The notes under the pieces were generated by a model that made no database searches, was not told where the DNA came from, and saw only the letters and a list, made by a program, of their open reading frames with translations. Both the position numbers and the translations under genes were made by a program. A stretch of 64,000 bases of DNA from Phenylobacterium sp. (GTDB taxonomy: Bacteria > Pseudomonadota > Alphaproteobacteria > Caulobacterales > Caulobacteraceae): contig NZ_JAUXVZ010000039.1 of assembly GCF_030680185.1 (NCBI RefSeq), forward strand, positions 3,466 through 67,465, in the 5' to 3' direction. Of this stretch, positions 18,490-27,997 are shown in pieces. The stretch's first letter is position 1. Every line of letters begins with the position of its first letter.

Positions 18490-19824
18490 ATGAGGCGTAT
18501 GACAATTGGGCTCGCCGCAGCCCTGGCCGTGGTCGCCCTGGCGCCGGCCGCAGTGATGTCGCAATCCCGCGACGCCGGCGTCACCGAGCAGTCGCGGACC
18601 CAGGGCATGGCCGAGGCCCCCGCCCTGGCCCAGGCCGCCGGCCTGAACTGCCAGATCGTCGACGCCCGTCTCGTGGGCAAGAATGAGGATCGCCGCGCCA
18701 AGACCTCGACCTCGTACTACGAAGTCGATTGCCAGGAAGGCATGGGCTTTGTGATGGAGGCCGTGTCCGGCGGCGCCACCAACCTGTTCACCTGTCTTGA
18801 AGCCGGCGCCGTCGGCGAAGACGGCAAGCCCTCGGCCCTGGCCTGCCAACTGCCCGGCAACCAGAACCCCGGCGCTGAGCTGGCCAAGCTGGCCGCCAAG
18901 GACGGCGTCGCCTGCACCGTGGCCAACAGCCGCGCCATCGGCCGCAGCGCCACCAACACCTTTTTCGAGATCGCCTGCGACGACGGCGTCACCGGCTACA
19001 TCCTGAACACCGGCTATCCGGCCACCGCCGACACCACCGTCGACGCCACCAACTGCCTGATCTACGACCAGGCCGAGACCAACATCAGCTGCGAGCTCGG
19101 CGACGCCGCCGCCCGCCTGCGGATTGTCGATCAGATGGCCACGGCCGACGCCAAGAGCTGCGCCGTCACCAATCGCCGCTTCGTCGGCGCCACCACCGAT
19201 GGCTCCAACTATTTCGAAGCCGCCTGTGAAGACGGCAAGGGCTACATCTACAAGGTCGCCAACACCGGCCAGCTGGCGGAATCCTGGGACTGCGCCCGCG
19301 CCCTGGGCATCCTCGGCGGCTGCACCCTGACCGACGCCCGTGAGGCGGCCACCGAGCAGGCGGCCCTCTACACCCGTCTGGCCAAGGGCGCCGGCTTCGA
19401 CTGCGACGTCGAACGCTACGCGGCCTTCCCCGCTGCGGCCGGCAAGGACGTGGTCGAGCTGGTCTGCAAGGACGGCAAGCCCGGCGGCGTCGGCGTGTTC
19501 GAGACCGGCGGCAAGGCCACCGTCTACAACTGCGCCTATGCGCCGATCGCCGGCTATCGCTGCGGCCTGAACGACGACGCGGCCACCTATCCGGCCCTGA
19601 CCGCCGACCTGAAGAAGCACGGCCGCGACAGCTGCCAGGTGTCGGCCCAGCGCCTGGTCGGCAAGACCGCCGACGGCTCGGCCTATATCGAAGTGGCCTG
19701 CGCTGACGGCCTGGCCGGCTACATGATCGAGTACAAGCAGAACCCGATCGTGTCCTCCGACGCCCTGGGCTGCGCCTTCGCCAAGGGTATCGCTGGCGGG
19801 TGCAAGCTGCCCGGCAACACCTGA
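18490..19824 (+). CDS. Secreted Cys-rich protein with five internal repeats
   Basis: Signal peptide; 20 Cys arranged as 5 x 4; strong host codon bias; SD CAGGAG. Confidence 0.85.
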   Translation: MRRMTIGLAAALAVVALAPAAVMSQSRDAGVTEQSRTQGMAEAPALAQAAGLNCQIVDARLVGKNEDRRAKTSTSYYEVDCQEGMGFVMEAVSGGATNLFTCLEAGAVGEDGKPSALACQLPGNQNPGAELAKLAAKDGVACTVANSRAIGRSATNTFFEIACDDGVTGYILNTGYPATADTTVDATNCLIYDQAETNISCELGDAAARLRIVDQMATADAKSCAVTNRRFVGATTDGSNYFEAACEDGKGYIYKVANTGQLAESWDCARALGILGGCTLTDAREAATEQAALYTRLAKGAGFDCDVERYAAFPAAAGKDVVELVCKDGKPGGVGVFETGGKATVYNCAYAPIAGYRCGLNDDAATYPALTADLKKHGRDSCQVSAQRLVGKTADGSAYIEVACADGLAGYMIEYKQNPIVSSDALGCAFAKGIAGGCKLPGNT

Positions 19825-19850
19825 TCGATCAGATCGATCGGAACGGCATC

Positions 19851-19879
19851 AAGGCCCGCGGGAAACCGCGGGCCTTTTT
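19851..19879 (+). terminator. Rho-independent terminator (possibly bidirectional)
   Basis: AAGGCCCGCGG-GAAA-CCGCGGGCCTT-TTT between convergent genes. Confidence 0.88.
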
Positions 19880-19896
19880 GTTGGCCGGAGACAGGC

Positions 19897-21441
19897 TCAG
19901 CCGATGGCCGCTTCGATGAACATGGGGCCCTTGTTGCGCATGGCGCCGGCGAACGCGGTCTCGAAGGACTCGGCGGTTTCGCAGCGTACGGCCGGCAGGC
20001 CCATGGCCTTGGCCATGGCCACCCAGTCGATCCGCGGGTCACCGAGATCGAGCAGGCGTGAGGCCGAAGGGCCAGCCTCGCCCGCCCCCGTGCGGCCCAG
20101 CTCGATATTGAGGATCCGATAAGCGTGGTTGGCGAAGACCACGACGGTGACGTCGAGGTTTTCCCGGGCGATCGTCCAGAGGCCCTGGACCGTGTACATG
20201 GCCGCCCCGTCGCCGTTCAGCGACAGCACCTTGCGGTCGGGACAGGCCACGGCCGCGCCGATGGACAGCGGGATCGCCTGGCCGATGGCGCCGCCGGTCA
20301 GGGCCAGCACCTCGTGCGGGGCCGCCGTGCCGGTCTGGCTGGCGACGCCGCCGCCAGAGGTCACCGAGTCGTCGCAGATGATCGCCCCTTCGGGCAGATG
20401 ACGGGCGATGGAGGCGCCGGCCGCCTGCGGGGTCATCGGGCCCGTGGGCGCAGCTTCAGGCCGCTTCAGGGGCTGGACGGGGCCCGACGCCGGGGCGCCC
20501 AGGGCGTCGGCCAGGGCGCGCAGGCCGGCCACGGCGTCCTCGCTGCGGGCGGCCAGGGTCATCAACTCGCAGCCCTCCGGCACCAGCAGGCTCGGCCGGT
20601 CCGGATAGGCGAAGAAGGCCACCGGCTGGGTCGTGCCGGCCAGCAGCATCAGGTCGGTCCCGGCCAGATCGGCCAGGGCCGCCTCTCCGAAATACTGCAT
20701 CCGCCCGGGCTGGAAGAGGCCGGCCCCCCGGCCTTGGCGGGCGACGAAGGTGTCGGCCAGCACTCGCACCCCATGGGCGGCCAGCCGCGCGGCCTGGACC
20801 ATGGCCTCGGCGCGGCAGGCCTGGCCGCCGATCAGCAGGACCGTCTTCTTCGCCGCGCGGACGGCGCGGGCGGCCGCTTCGATGGCGTCGCCGGACGGGG
20901 CTGGCCGTTCGGGCTTTTTCGCCTTCACCGCGCCCACCTTGGTCTGCGTCCAGGCGGAGTCGGCGGGCAGGATCAGGCTGACCGGGCCGCCGGGCGGGCC
21001 GAAGCTCGCGGCGACGGCCTCGGCGGCGAGGCCCGCCACATCGTCGGCGCGGTCGGCCGACTTCACCCACAGCGAGTTCGGGCCGACGATGGTCGGGATG
21101 TCGGAGTTCAGCGGCGCGTCGTACTGGCGGTGATAGGTGGCGTGGTCGCCGACCACATTGACCAGCGGCGTGTAGGCGCGCCTCGCATTATGCAGATTGG
21201 CCAGGCCGTTGCCGTAGCCCGGGCCCAGGTGCAGCAGGGTGCAGGCCGGCCGATCGGCCATGCGGCCGAAGCCGTCGGCGGCGCCGGTGGCCACCCCTTC
21301 GAACAGACACAACACCGGCCGCATGGTCGGCTGCCGGTCCAGGGCGGCGACGAACTGCATCTCGCTGGTGCCGGGATTGGCGAAGCAGGCGTCGACCTCA
21401 TTGGCCAACAGGGTCTCGATCAGGGCGTCGGCGCCGTTCAT
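19897..21441 (-). CDS. ThDP-dependent enzyme (acetolactate synthase large subunit-like)
   Basis: FANPGTSEM, TLLHLGPG, NGDGAAMY...N ThDP motif. Confidence 0.88.
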   Translation of the reverse strand: MNGADALIETLLANEVDACFANPGTSEMQFVAALDRQPTMRPVLCLFEGVATGAADGFGRMADRPACTLLHLGPGYGNGLANLHNARRAYTPLVNVVGDHATYHRQYDAPLNSDIPTIVGPNSLWVKSADRADDVAGLAAEAVAASFGPPGGPVSLILPADSAWTQTKVGAVKAKKPERPAPSGDAIEAAARAVRAAKKTVLLIGGQACRAEAMVQAARLAAHGVRVLADTFVARQGRGAGLFQPGRMQYFGEAALADLAGTDLMLLAGTTQPVAFFAYPDRPSLLVPEGCELMTLAARSEDAVAGLRALADALGAPASGPVQPLKRPEAAPTGPMTPQAAGASIARHLPEGAIICDDSVTSGGGVASQTGTAAPHEVLALTGGAIGQAIPLSIGAAVACPDRKVLSLNGDGAAMYTVQGLWTIARENLDVTVVVFANHAYRILNIELGRTGAGEAGPSASRLLDLGDPRIDWVAMAKAMGLPAVRCETAESFETAFAGAMRNKGPMFIEAAIG

Positions 21442-23213
21442 CAGTCAAACACCATCACATCAGGGGGCGGGGGATCGGCGAAGAGGCGCGACAGGGCCTC
21501 CGCGCGGCGGGTTCTGGCCAGGGTCTGGGCGATGTAGCCCTTGTCGGTGATCTCGCCGGCCCCGGCATCGGGGCCGTCCGGCAGGACCAGGGCGCGCGCG
21601 ATGCGGCCGCCGCCCCGGGCCTTGGCGTTGTAGGCGTCGAGGCCGCGGCGCACGGCGGCCTCGACCTCGTCGCGGGCCCGGCGGGGATCGGGATAGAACA
21701 TCAGGCCAAGGGCGGCCTGGCCTTCGCCGCAGACCACCGCGTCGGTGACCGCCCCGCCGATGGCCGACAGGGCCGCGATCCGCACCTCGCCCACGGCCAC
21801 GAAGGTGCCGCTGGCCAGCTTGAAGTTCTCCGAGATGCGTCCGTCGAAGGCCAAGCCGGCCTCCGGCGCCTGTGGGTCCACCAGGCGCGCGGCGTCGCCG
21901 AGGATATAGAAGCCGTCCTCGTCGAAGGACTGGGCCGAGAGCTCGGGCCGTCCCAGATAGCCGGTGGTCACCTGCGGCCCCTTGACCCGGAACTCCAGCT
22001 TGCCGGCCACGGGAACCAGCTTCACCGCCGTGCCGGGGATGGGCAGGCCGATCAGCCCCATGCGGTCGTTGGGCCAGTGGACGTTGCAGGCTGTGGGGCC
22101 GGTCTCGGTGGCGCCATAACCGCTGGCGAAGCTGATCCTCTCGCCCACGGTGCGCACGGCGACCGCCTGGATGCGGTCGCTGATGTCCTGGCCAAGGCTG
22201 GCGCCGCCATACTGCATCAGCCGGAGGCGGGCGAAGAAGGTCCGCGCCAGGGCCTCGTCCTTCTCCAGCTCGTCCACCAGCAGCATCCAGCCGGCCGGAA
22301 CCATGTTGTGATAGGTGGGCGAGATCTCGGTGAGGTTGCGCACCGTCTCGGCAAACCGCGCCGCCGTCGGCTGGCCCGCATCGATATACAGCGTCCCGCC
22401 CCGGGTGGCGCACATGTGCAGGATGGAGTTGGCCCCCAGGCTGTGGCTCCAGGGCGCGGAGTTGACGATCACCGGCGGCTCGTCGTCGTCAAAGCAGGCG
22501 GCGATCTGGGCCGAGTTCAGGGCCAGGGCCTGCTGGGTGATGATCACCGCCTTGGGCAGGCCGGTGGAGCCCGAGGTCAGCAGATACTTGGCGTGGTCGC
22601 CGGGATGGGCGCTGGGCGCCGCCGCCTGTCCATAGAGTTCGGCGAGCGCGATGTGTCCCGGCCGGCCATGGCTGGCGGCGATCACCGGCAGGCCGGCCAG
22701 AACCTCCGCCGACAGCCCGGTGGCGAAGCGCTCGGCGTCCTCGGTGAAGACCGCGGCCGGGCGCAGCACCTCGCAGGCGTGGGTCAGACGCGCCAGGTTC
22801 GCCCCCGCCAGCCCATATTGCGGCGAGACCGGCGCCACCGGCGTCCCCTGGCTCATGGCCGCGTACATCAGGAGCGCATGGTCGACGCCATTGTGCGCCA
22901 GGATCAGGATCGGCCGCGGACCGGTCAGGCCGCGGGCGACGAGCCCCCCGGCCAGGTGCGTCACCGCATGCCAGGCCTCGCCATAGGTGAGCGTCCGCCA
23001 GCCCGCCCCGGCCCGCTCGGCCAGCCAGACGCGGTCGGGCGCCGCCTCGGCCCAATAGGCCAGGGCCTCATGGGGCGTCTGAAACCGCTGCGAGAAGGGC
23101 GTGGGATTGGCCAGGACCATGGTCCCGTCCGCCCTATGCTCCACCTCCAGCCGCTTGGCGCCATAGCGCGGATCGCGGAAGGCGGCGGTCTCGATGCGAA
23201 GCTCTGCGTCCAT
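21441..23213 (-). CDS. Feruloyl-CoA synthetase-like acyl-CoA ligase
   Basis: LTSGSTGLPKAV, GYGATET, DEDGFYILGDA, GRISENFKLASGTFV. Confidence 0.85.
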   Translation of the reverse strand: MDAELRIETAAFRDPRYGAKRLEVEHRADGTMVLANPTPFSQRFQTPHEALAYWAEAAPDRVWLAERAGAGWRTLTYGEAWHAVTHLAGGLVARGLTGPRPILILAHNGVDHALLMYAAMSQGTPVAPVSPQYGLAGANLARLTHACEVLRPAAVFTEDAERFATGLSAEVLAGLPVIAASHGRPGHIALAELYGQAAAPSAHPGDHAKYLLTSGSTGLPKAVIITQQALALNSAQIAACFDDDEPPVIVNSAPWSHSLGANSILHMCATRGGTLYIDAGQPTAARFAETVRNLTEISPTYHNMVPAGWMLLVDELEKDEALARTFFARLRLMQYGGASLGQDISDRIQAVAVRTVGERISFASGYGATETGPTACNVHWPNDRMGLIGLPIPGTAVKLVPVAGKLEFRVKGPQVTTGYLGRPELSAQSFDEDGFYILGDAARLVDPQAPEAGLAFDGRISENFKLASGTFVAVGEVRIAALSAIGGAVTDAVVCGEGQAALGLMFYPDPRRARDEVEAAVRRGLDAYNAKARGGGRIARALVLPDGPDAGAGEITDKGYIAQTLARTRRAEALSRLFADPPPPDVMVFD

Positions 23214-23270
23214 ATGACTTTATGGACGCGCACGCCGGCGCCTGAAAAGGGGGCGTGGCCTGTGTCGGCC

Positions 23271-24605
23271 TCAGCTCGCCAGGGTTTCGGCGAAGCGGAC
23301 GGGCGCCCCGGTCCCCTCGGCCACCACCTCGTCGTCGCGCATGACGACCCGCCCGCGGATGATGGTCGCCATGGGCCAGCCCTTGGCCTCCATCCCGTCG
23401 AAGGGGGTCCAGCCGGCGCGGTTGGCCATGGCGTCGTGGGTGATGGTCCGGCGCGCCTTGAGGTCGACGATGGTCAGGTCGGCGTCATAGCCCACCGCCA
23501 GCCGGCCCTTGTCGGCCAGGCCGAACAACCGGTTGGCCCCATGACTGGTCAGGTCCACGAAGCGTTCGATGGACAGCCGTCCCTCGGCCACATGGGTCAG
23601 CATGATGGGCACCAGGGTCTGGACGCCGGGCATGCCCGAGGGCGAGGCCGGATAGGGCCTGGCCTTCTCCTCGCGGGTATGGGGGGCGTGATCGGAGCCG
23701 ATGACGTCGGTGACGCCAGCCGCCAGCCCGCGCCAGAGGCCTGCCCGGTGGCGGGCCTCGCGGATCGGGGGGTTCATCTGGGCGAAGCCCTTCAGCCGCT
23801 CATAGGCCTCGGGGCCTTCCAGGGTCAGGTGCTGGGGAGTCATCTCGACGCTGGCCACGTCCTTGTGGCGCGCCAGGATCTCGACCTCTTCCGCCGTCGT
23901 CACGTGCAGGACGTGGATACGCTTGCCGAGCTTGCGGGCGATGCGCAGCAGCCGCTCGGTGGATTCGATGGCGGCCTGGGCGTCGCGCACCTCCGGGTGA
24001 CTGGTCCAGTCGCCGGTGCGGGCCAGACCCCGGCGATCGGCCAGGCGGTACTCGTCCTCGGAATGGAAGGCCGCCCGCCTGTTCACATGGCGCAGCACCT
24101 GCTCGACGCCCTCGTCGTCCTGCACCAGCAGGGTGCCGGTGGACGCGCCCATGAAGACCTTGATCCCGCAACAGCCCGGCAGGCGCTCCAGCTCGCCCAG
24201 GAAGCTGGCGTTCTCGTGGGTGCCGCCCACATAGAAGGCGTGGTCGCAGTGCATCCGCCCCTTGGCGCGGGCCAGCTTGTCGGCGAGCGCATCGGCGTCG
24301 GTGGTGGTGGGCTCGGTGTTGGGCATCTCGAAGACGGCGACCACGCCGCCGAGCACCGCCCCGCGCGAGCCGCTCTCCAGGTCTTCCTTCCACTCCAGGC
24401 CGGGCTCGCGGAAATGCACCTGGGTGTCGATGACGCCGGGCAGGACGTGCAGGCCCGCCGCGTTGAAACGCTCGGCCGCCGAAGCCTGGGAGAGGTCGCC
24501 GATAGCGACGATCTTGCCGCCGCGCACGCCGATATCGGCGGCCCCGCGTCCGTCGTGGTTCACCACCTCGCCCCCATGGACGATCAGGTCATAGGTCTCA
24601 GCCAT
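23271..24605 (-). CDS. pyrC: Dihydroorotase
   Basis: DTQVHFREPG, IHVLHVT, IGSDHAPH, PSGMPGVQT. Confidence 0.88.
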   Translation of the reverse strand: MAETYDLIVHGGEVVNHDGRGAADIGVRGGKIVAIGDLSQASAAERFNAAGLHVLPGVIDTQVHFREPGLEWKEDLESGSRGAVLGGVVAVFEMPNTEPTTTDADALADKLARAKGRMHCDHAFYVGGTHENASFLGELERLPGCCGIKVFMGASTGTLLVQDDEGVEQVLRHVNRRAAFHSEDEYRLADRRGLARTGDWTSHPEVRDAQAAIESTERLLRIARKLGKRIHVLHVTTAEEVEILARHKDVASVEMTPQHLTLEGPEAYERLKGFAQMNPPIREARHRAGLWRGLAAGVTDVIGSDHAPHTREEKARPYPASPSGMPGVQTLVPIMLTHVAEGRLSIERFVDLTSHGANRLFGLADKGRLAVGYDADLTIVDLKARRTITHDAMANRAGWTPFDGMEAKGWPMATIIRGRVVMRDDEVVAEGTGAPVRFAETLAS

Positions 24606-25578
24606 GGCTCGTCTCCGTCTGCGCCAGCAGGTCGTAGGCCGCCCGCGCCACGGTGTCGACGCTGAGATCCATCATGTGACAGAAGCTCTGGTTGAGGTCC
24701 GGGTCCTGCTGGCGGATCTGTTCGAAGGTGCGGGCGCCACGCACCACGCGGGTCTGCGGCCCCCAGGGGGCGTACAGCGTGTCGTCCGAGGGGCCGAACA
24801 GCCCGAGCGTCGGGGCGCCGGCCGCGGCGGCCATGTGCATCAGCCCCGAATCGTTGCCGACGAAGAGCCGCGCATGACGGAGCGCGGCATAGCTGGTCAG
24901 CAGGTCGGTCTTGCCCACCAGGTTGATGAACTTGTGGCTGGGAACCACGTGGCGCAGCGACGCCACCACCTCGGTGTCGTCGGGAGATCCCAGCACCATC
25001 AGCCGCGCGCCCTGCAGGGCGCCGTCCCGGCCAAGCAGACGGATGGCGAGCTGGGCGAACCGTTCAAGGGGCCAGGTCTTGCCCACCCAGTTGGCGGCCG
25101 GCGCCAGGGCCAGGATCGGTCCCCCGCCCCGGGTCAGGGCGGCGGCGGCGGCCTCGGTCTCGGGGCTCGTGAAAATATGGGGCGCCGGCGGCTCGTCCTC
25201 CAGCTTCAGCAGGCGGGCGGCCTCGACCACCTTGTGGACGGGGTGGCCAGGCTGGCGGCGGAAGATCGCCCGGCGCCTGGTGCGCACGAAGCTGGCCATG
25301 GCCGAGCCGCGCAGGTCAACCACCAGGCCCCAGCGCCGGTGGCGGACCCTGTTCCACAGGGCCAGCCAATGGCCGCCGTTGCGCGCCTTCTGGAAGACGA
25401 TCAGCTCGTCCAGGCCTGGCGTGTCGGCGAACAGCGGCGCGGCGGCGGGTCCGGCCACAATGGTGAAGCGGGCGTGGGGAATCTCTTCGCGCAGCTTGGC
25501 CAGCAGGCCGGAGGACAGCACTGCGTCCCCGATCCGGGTCGCGGTGATGAACAGAATGGGGAAAGACCCTTGCGTCAT
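24598..25578 (-). CDS. Glycosyltransferase family 9 (heptosyltransferase-like)
   Basis: RIGDAVL, APAANWVGKTWP, GNDSGLMHMAAA, GLFGPS. Confidence 0.9.
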   Translation of the reverse strand: MTQGSFPILFITATRIGDAVLSSGLLAKLREEIPHARFTIVAGPAAAPLFADTPGLDELIVFQKARNGGHWLALWNRVRHRRWGLVVDLRGSAMASFVRTRRRAIFRRQPGHPVHKVVEAARLLKLEDEPPAPHIFTSPETEAAAAALTRGGGPILALAPAANWVGKTWPLERFAQLAIRLLGRDGALQGARLMVLGSPDDTEVVASLRHVVPSHKFINLVGKTDLLTSYAALRHARLFVGNDSGLMHMAAAAGAPTLGLFGPSDDTLYAPWGPQTRVVRGARTFEQIRQQDPDLNQSFCHMMDLSVDTVARAAYDLLAQTETSHG

Positions 25579-25639
25579 CGGCCGGTTATAGAGGGCCTCT
25601 GGCTGGCGCGCGAGCCGCCGCGATCCTAAGTGCCCTACC

Positions 25640-26464
25640 ATGGTCCAGACCTTGAGCTATGTTCCCCTCGCCAGCCGCGCCGTGATCGCCCTGGGCGGGG
25701 CTGACTGGCGCGACTTCCTGCACAATCTGATCAGCCAGAATGTCGAGACCCTGGCGGCGGGCGAGATCCGCTTCGGCGCCCTGCTGACCCCCCAGGGCAA
25801 GGTGCTCTACGACCTGTTCGTGATCGGCCGCGAGGACGGCTGCTGGCTGGACGTGGCCGCCGAGCACCGGGACGCGATCCTGCAGCGGCTGATGATCTAT
25901 CGCCTGCGGGCCAAGGTGACGATCGCCGCCGACGAGGCCGAGGTCGCCGTCCTGTTCGGCGATGGCGCGGCGCCCGGCGAGGGCTGGCTGGCCGATCCGC
26001 GACTGCCGCAGCTGGGCTGGCGCGGCTATGGCGCTGTGGCCCCGCAGGGCGCGGCCATGGGCGGCGAGGCCGACTACGCTGCCTTCGCCCGATCCCTGGG
26101 CGTGCCAGGTCCCGCCGACTGGGGGACCGAGCAGACCTATCCGATCGAGGCGAATTTCGACCTGCTGAACGGCATCGACTTCAAGAAGGGCTGCTTCGTC
26201 GGCCAGGAGACCACCTCGCGGATGAAGCGCCGCGGCACGGTGAAGACGCGGTTCCTGCCGATCCGTTTCGAGGGCGTGGCCCCGGCGCCCGGCGCCGAGG
26301 TGCTGGCCGGCGAACTGCGGGCCGGCCAGATGCTGAGCGGCGCGGACGGCCTGGCCATGGCGTCGCTGCGCCTGGACCGCATCGAAGGCGCCGACCTGAG
26401 CGTGGACGGCCGGCCCGTGCGGGTGGTGCGGCCGGACTGGTTCGAGCGGGCGCTCACACAGTAG
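25640..26464 (+). CDS. ygfZ: Folate-binding Fe-S/tRNA-modification protein YgfZ
   Basis: LLTPQGK and KGCFVGQE signature. Confidence 0.92.
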   Translation: MVQTLSYVPLASRAVIALGGADWRDFLHNLISQNVETLAAGEIRFGALLTPQGKVLYDLFVIGREDGCWLDVAAEHRDAILQRLMIYRLRAKVTIAADEAEVAVLFGDGAAPGEGWLADPRLPQLGWRGYGAVAPQGAAMGGEADYAAFARSLGVPGPADWGTEQTYPIEANFDLLNGIDFKKGCFVGQETTSRMKRRGTVKTRFLPIRFEGVAPAPGAEVLAGELRAGQMLSGADGLAMASLRLDRIEGADLSVDGRPVRVVRPDWFERALTQ

Positions 26465-26585
26465 GTTCCCGGCGCCCTCGGACTTGATCCGAGGGCCCAT
26501 GAACACCCTGCCAGGCCGGTGTTCATGGATGGTCGGGTCAAGCCCGACCATGACGGAAAAGGGTGTTGGCGTGAGGGGGAACCTC
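26463..26585. repeat. CGTC-type REP-like palindromic element
   Basis: Three hairpins GCCCTCGGA-CTTGA-TCCGAGGGC, CCATGAACACC..GGTGTTCATGG and ATGGTCGGG-TCAAG-CCCGACCAT followed by GACG; outer AGGTTCCC/GGGAACCT. Confidence 0.75.
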
Positions 26586-26625
26586 CTCACTTGCGAGCCT
26601 GGAAGGCCCCGGCGAAACTTCGCCC

Positions 26626-27216
26626 ATGAGCAGCGAGCTGATTCGATGTGGCTGGCGCGGCATGGCCGGCGACCCGCTGTACGAGGCCTATCACGACACC
26701 GACTGGGGCGTGCCGGAGTACGATCCTCGGGCGCTGTGGGAGAAGCTGGTGCTCGACGGCTTCCAGGCCGGGCTCTCCTGGATCACCATCCTTCGCAAGC
26801 GCGAGGCCTTCCGCGAGGCCTTCGCCGGCTTCGACCCCGAGATCGTCGCCCGCTTCGACGAGGCCGACCGCGCCCGACTGATGGCCAACGCCGGCATCGT
26901 CCGCTCCAACGCCAAGATCGACGCCGCCATCGCGAGCGCGCGCATCTATCTGGACATGCGCGACAAGGGCCAGGACCTGTCGAGCTTCCTCTGGGCCTTC
27001 ACCGACGGCAAGCCTATCCAGAACCAGTGGAGTGAGATCGGCCAGGTCCCGGCCCAGACGCCGCTGGCCGTGGAGGTGTCCAAGGCGCTGAAGGCGCAGG
27101 GCTACAAGTTCGTCGGCCCGGTGATCGTCTACGCCTTCATGCAGGCCGTGGGCATGGTGAATGACCACCTCACCTGCTGCTTCCGTCACGACGAAGTCGC
27201 GGCTATGAGCGCCTGA
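26626..27216 (+). CDS. tag: DNA-3-methyladenine glycosylase I
   Basis: [30 protein letters not shown]. Confidence 0.93.
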   Translation: MSSELIRCGWRGMAGDPLYEAYHDTDWGVPEYDPRALWEKLVLDGFQAGLSWITILRKREAFREAFAGFDPEIVARFDEADRARLMANAGIVRSNAKIDAAIASARIYLDMRDKGQDLSSFLWAFTDGKPIQNQWSEIGQVPAQTPLAVEVSKALKAQGYKFVGPVIVYAFMQAVGMVNDHLTCCFRHDEVAAMSA

Positions 27217-27893
27217 TGGCCCGCAAGCCCGCCCCTCTCCTCGTCTTTCCAGACCTGCTGCTGGAAGCCGCCTGCCCCTCTCCGGTCTGTGGCGTGGACG
27301 AGGCCGGCCGCGGGCCCTGGGCCGGCCCGGTCAGCGCCGGGGCGGTGATCCTCGATCCGGCGCGCATTCCGACGGGCCTCAACGATTCCAAGAAGCTGAC
27401 CGCCAAGGCCCGCGAAGGCCTGGAAATCGAGATCAAGGCCAGCGCTATCGCCTGGGGCGTCGGCTTCGCCTCGGTGGGCGAGATCAGCGAGCTCAACATC
27501 CTGCACGCTGCGGGCCTTGCCATGTGCCGGGCCATCGAGGCCCTGGCGGTGACTCCGGTCTTCGCCCTGGTGGATGGCAACTACCCCTTCAAGCTGCCCT
27601 GCCCGGTGAAGACCGTGGTCGGCGGCGACGGCAAGTCGCTCTCCATCGCCGCGGCCTCGATCCTGGCCAAGGTCGCCCGGGACCGGCTGATGATCGAGAT
27701 GGACGAACGCTATCCCGGCTACGGCTTCGCCGGCCACAAGGGCTACGGCGCCCCGGTCCATATCAGCGCCCTGGAACGCCTGGGCCCCTGCGAGATTCAT
27801 CGCGCCAGCTGGTCGCCGGTGCAGAAGGTGCTTCGCGGCGAGCGCATCACCGGAAGCCTCGCCAAATACGACGCCGAACCCCTTCAGGACTGA
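27216..27893 (+). CDS. rnhB: Ribonuclease HII
   Basis: [33 protein letters not shown]. Confidence 0.95.
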   Translation: MARKPAPLLVFPDLLLEAACPSPVCGVDEAGRGPWAGPVSAGAVILDPARIPTGLNDSKKLTAKAREGLEIEIKASAIAWGVGFASVGEISELNILHAAGLAMCRAIEALAVTPVFALVDGNYPFKLPCPVKTVVGGDGKSLSIAAASILAKVARDRLMIEMDERYPGYGFAGHKGYGAPVHISALERLGPCEIHRASWSPVQKVLRGERITGSLAKYDAEPLQD

Positions 27894-27997
27894 GGCTGGA
27901 CCGGGGTTCGCCGACCGGCGGCTCTTGACCTTCCGCCTTCGGCCCCGGCGAATGGCCGCTGGGACGTGTTGGCGTGAACAGGGGCTTGGCCGCGGTC

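Noticed and set aside
19822-19840. TGATCGATCAGATCGATCG as a third copy of the islet boundary repeat
   Set aside because: It shares only TCGATCAGA and has a different terminator; probably low-complexity coincidence.
22077-24665. 862-aa plus-strand ORF, and similar long ORFs (47226-49046, 61157-63046, 34100-35911, 36158-37684, 58765-60231)
   Set aside because: Antisense shadows of well-recognised genes (fcs/pyrC, argS, acyl-CoA dehydrogenase, smc, FAD oxidoreductase). They are typical of 70% GC DNA and have no motifs of their own.
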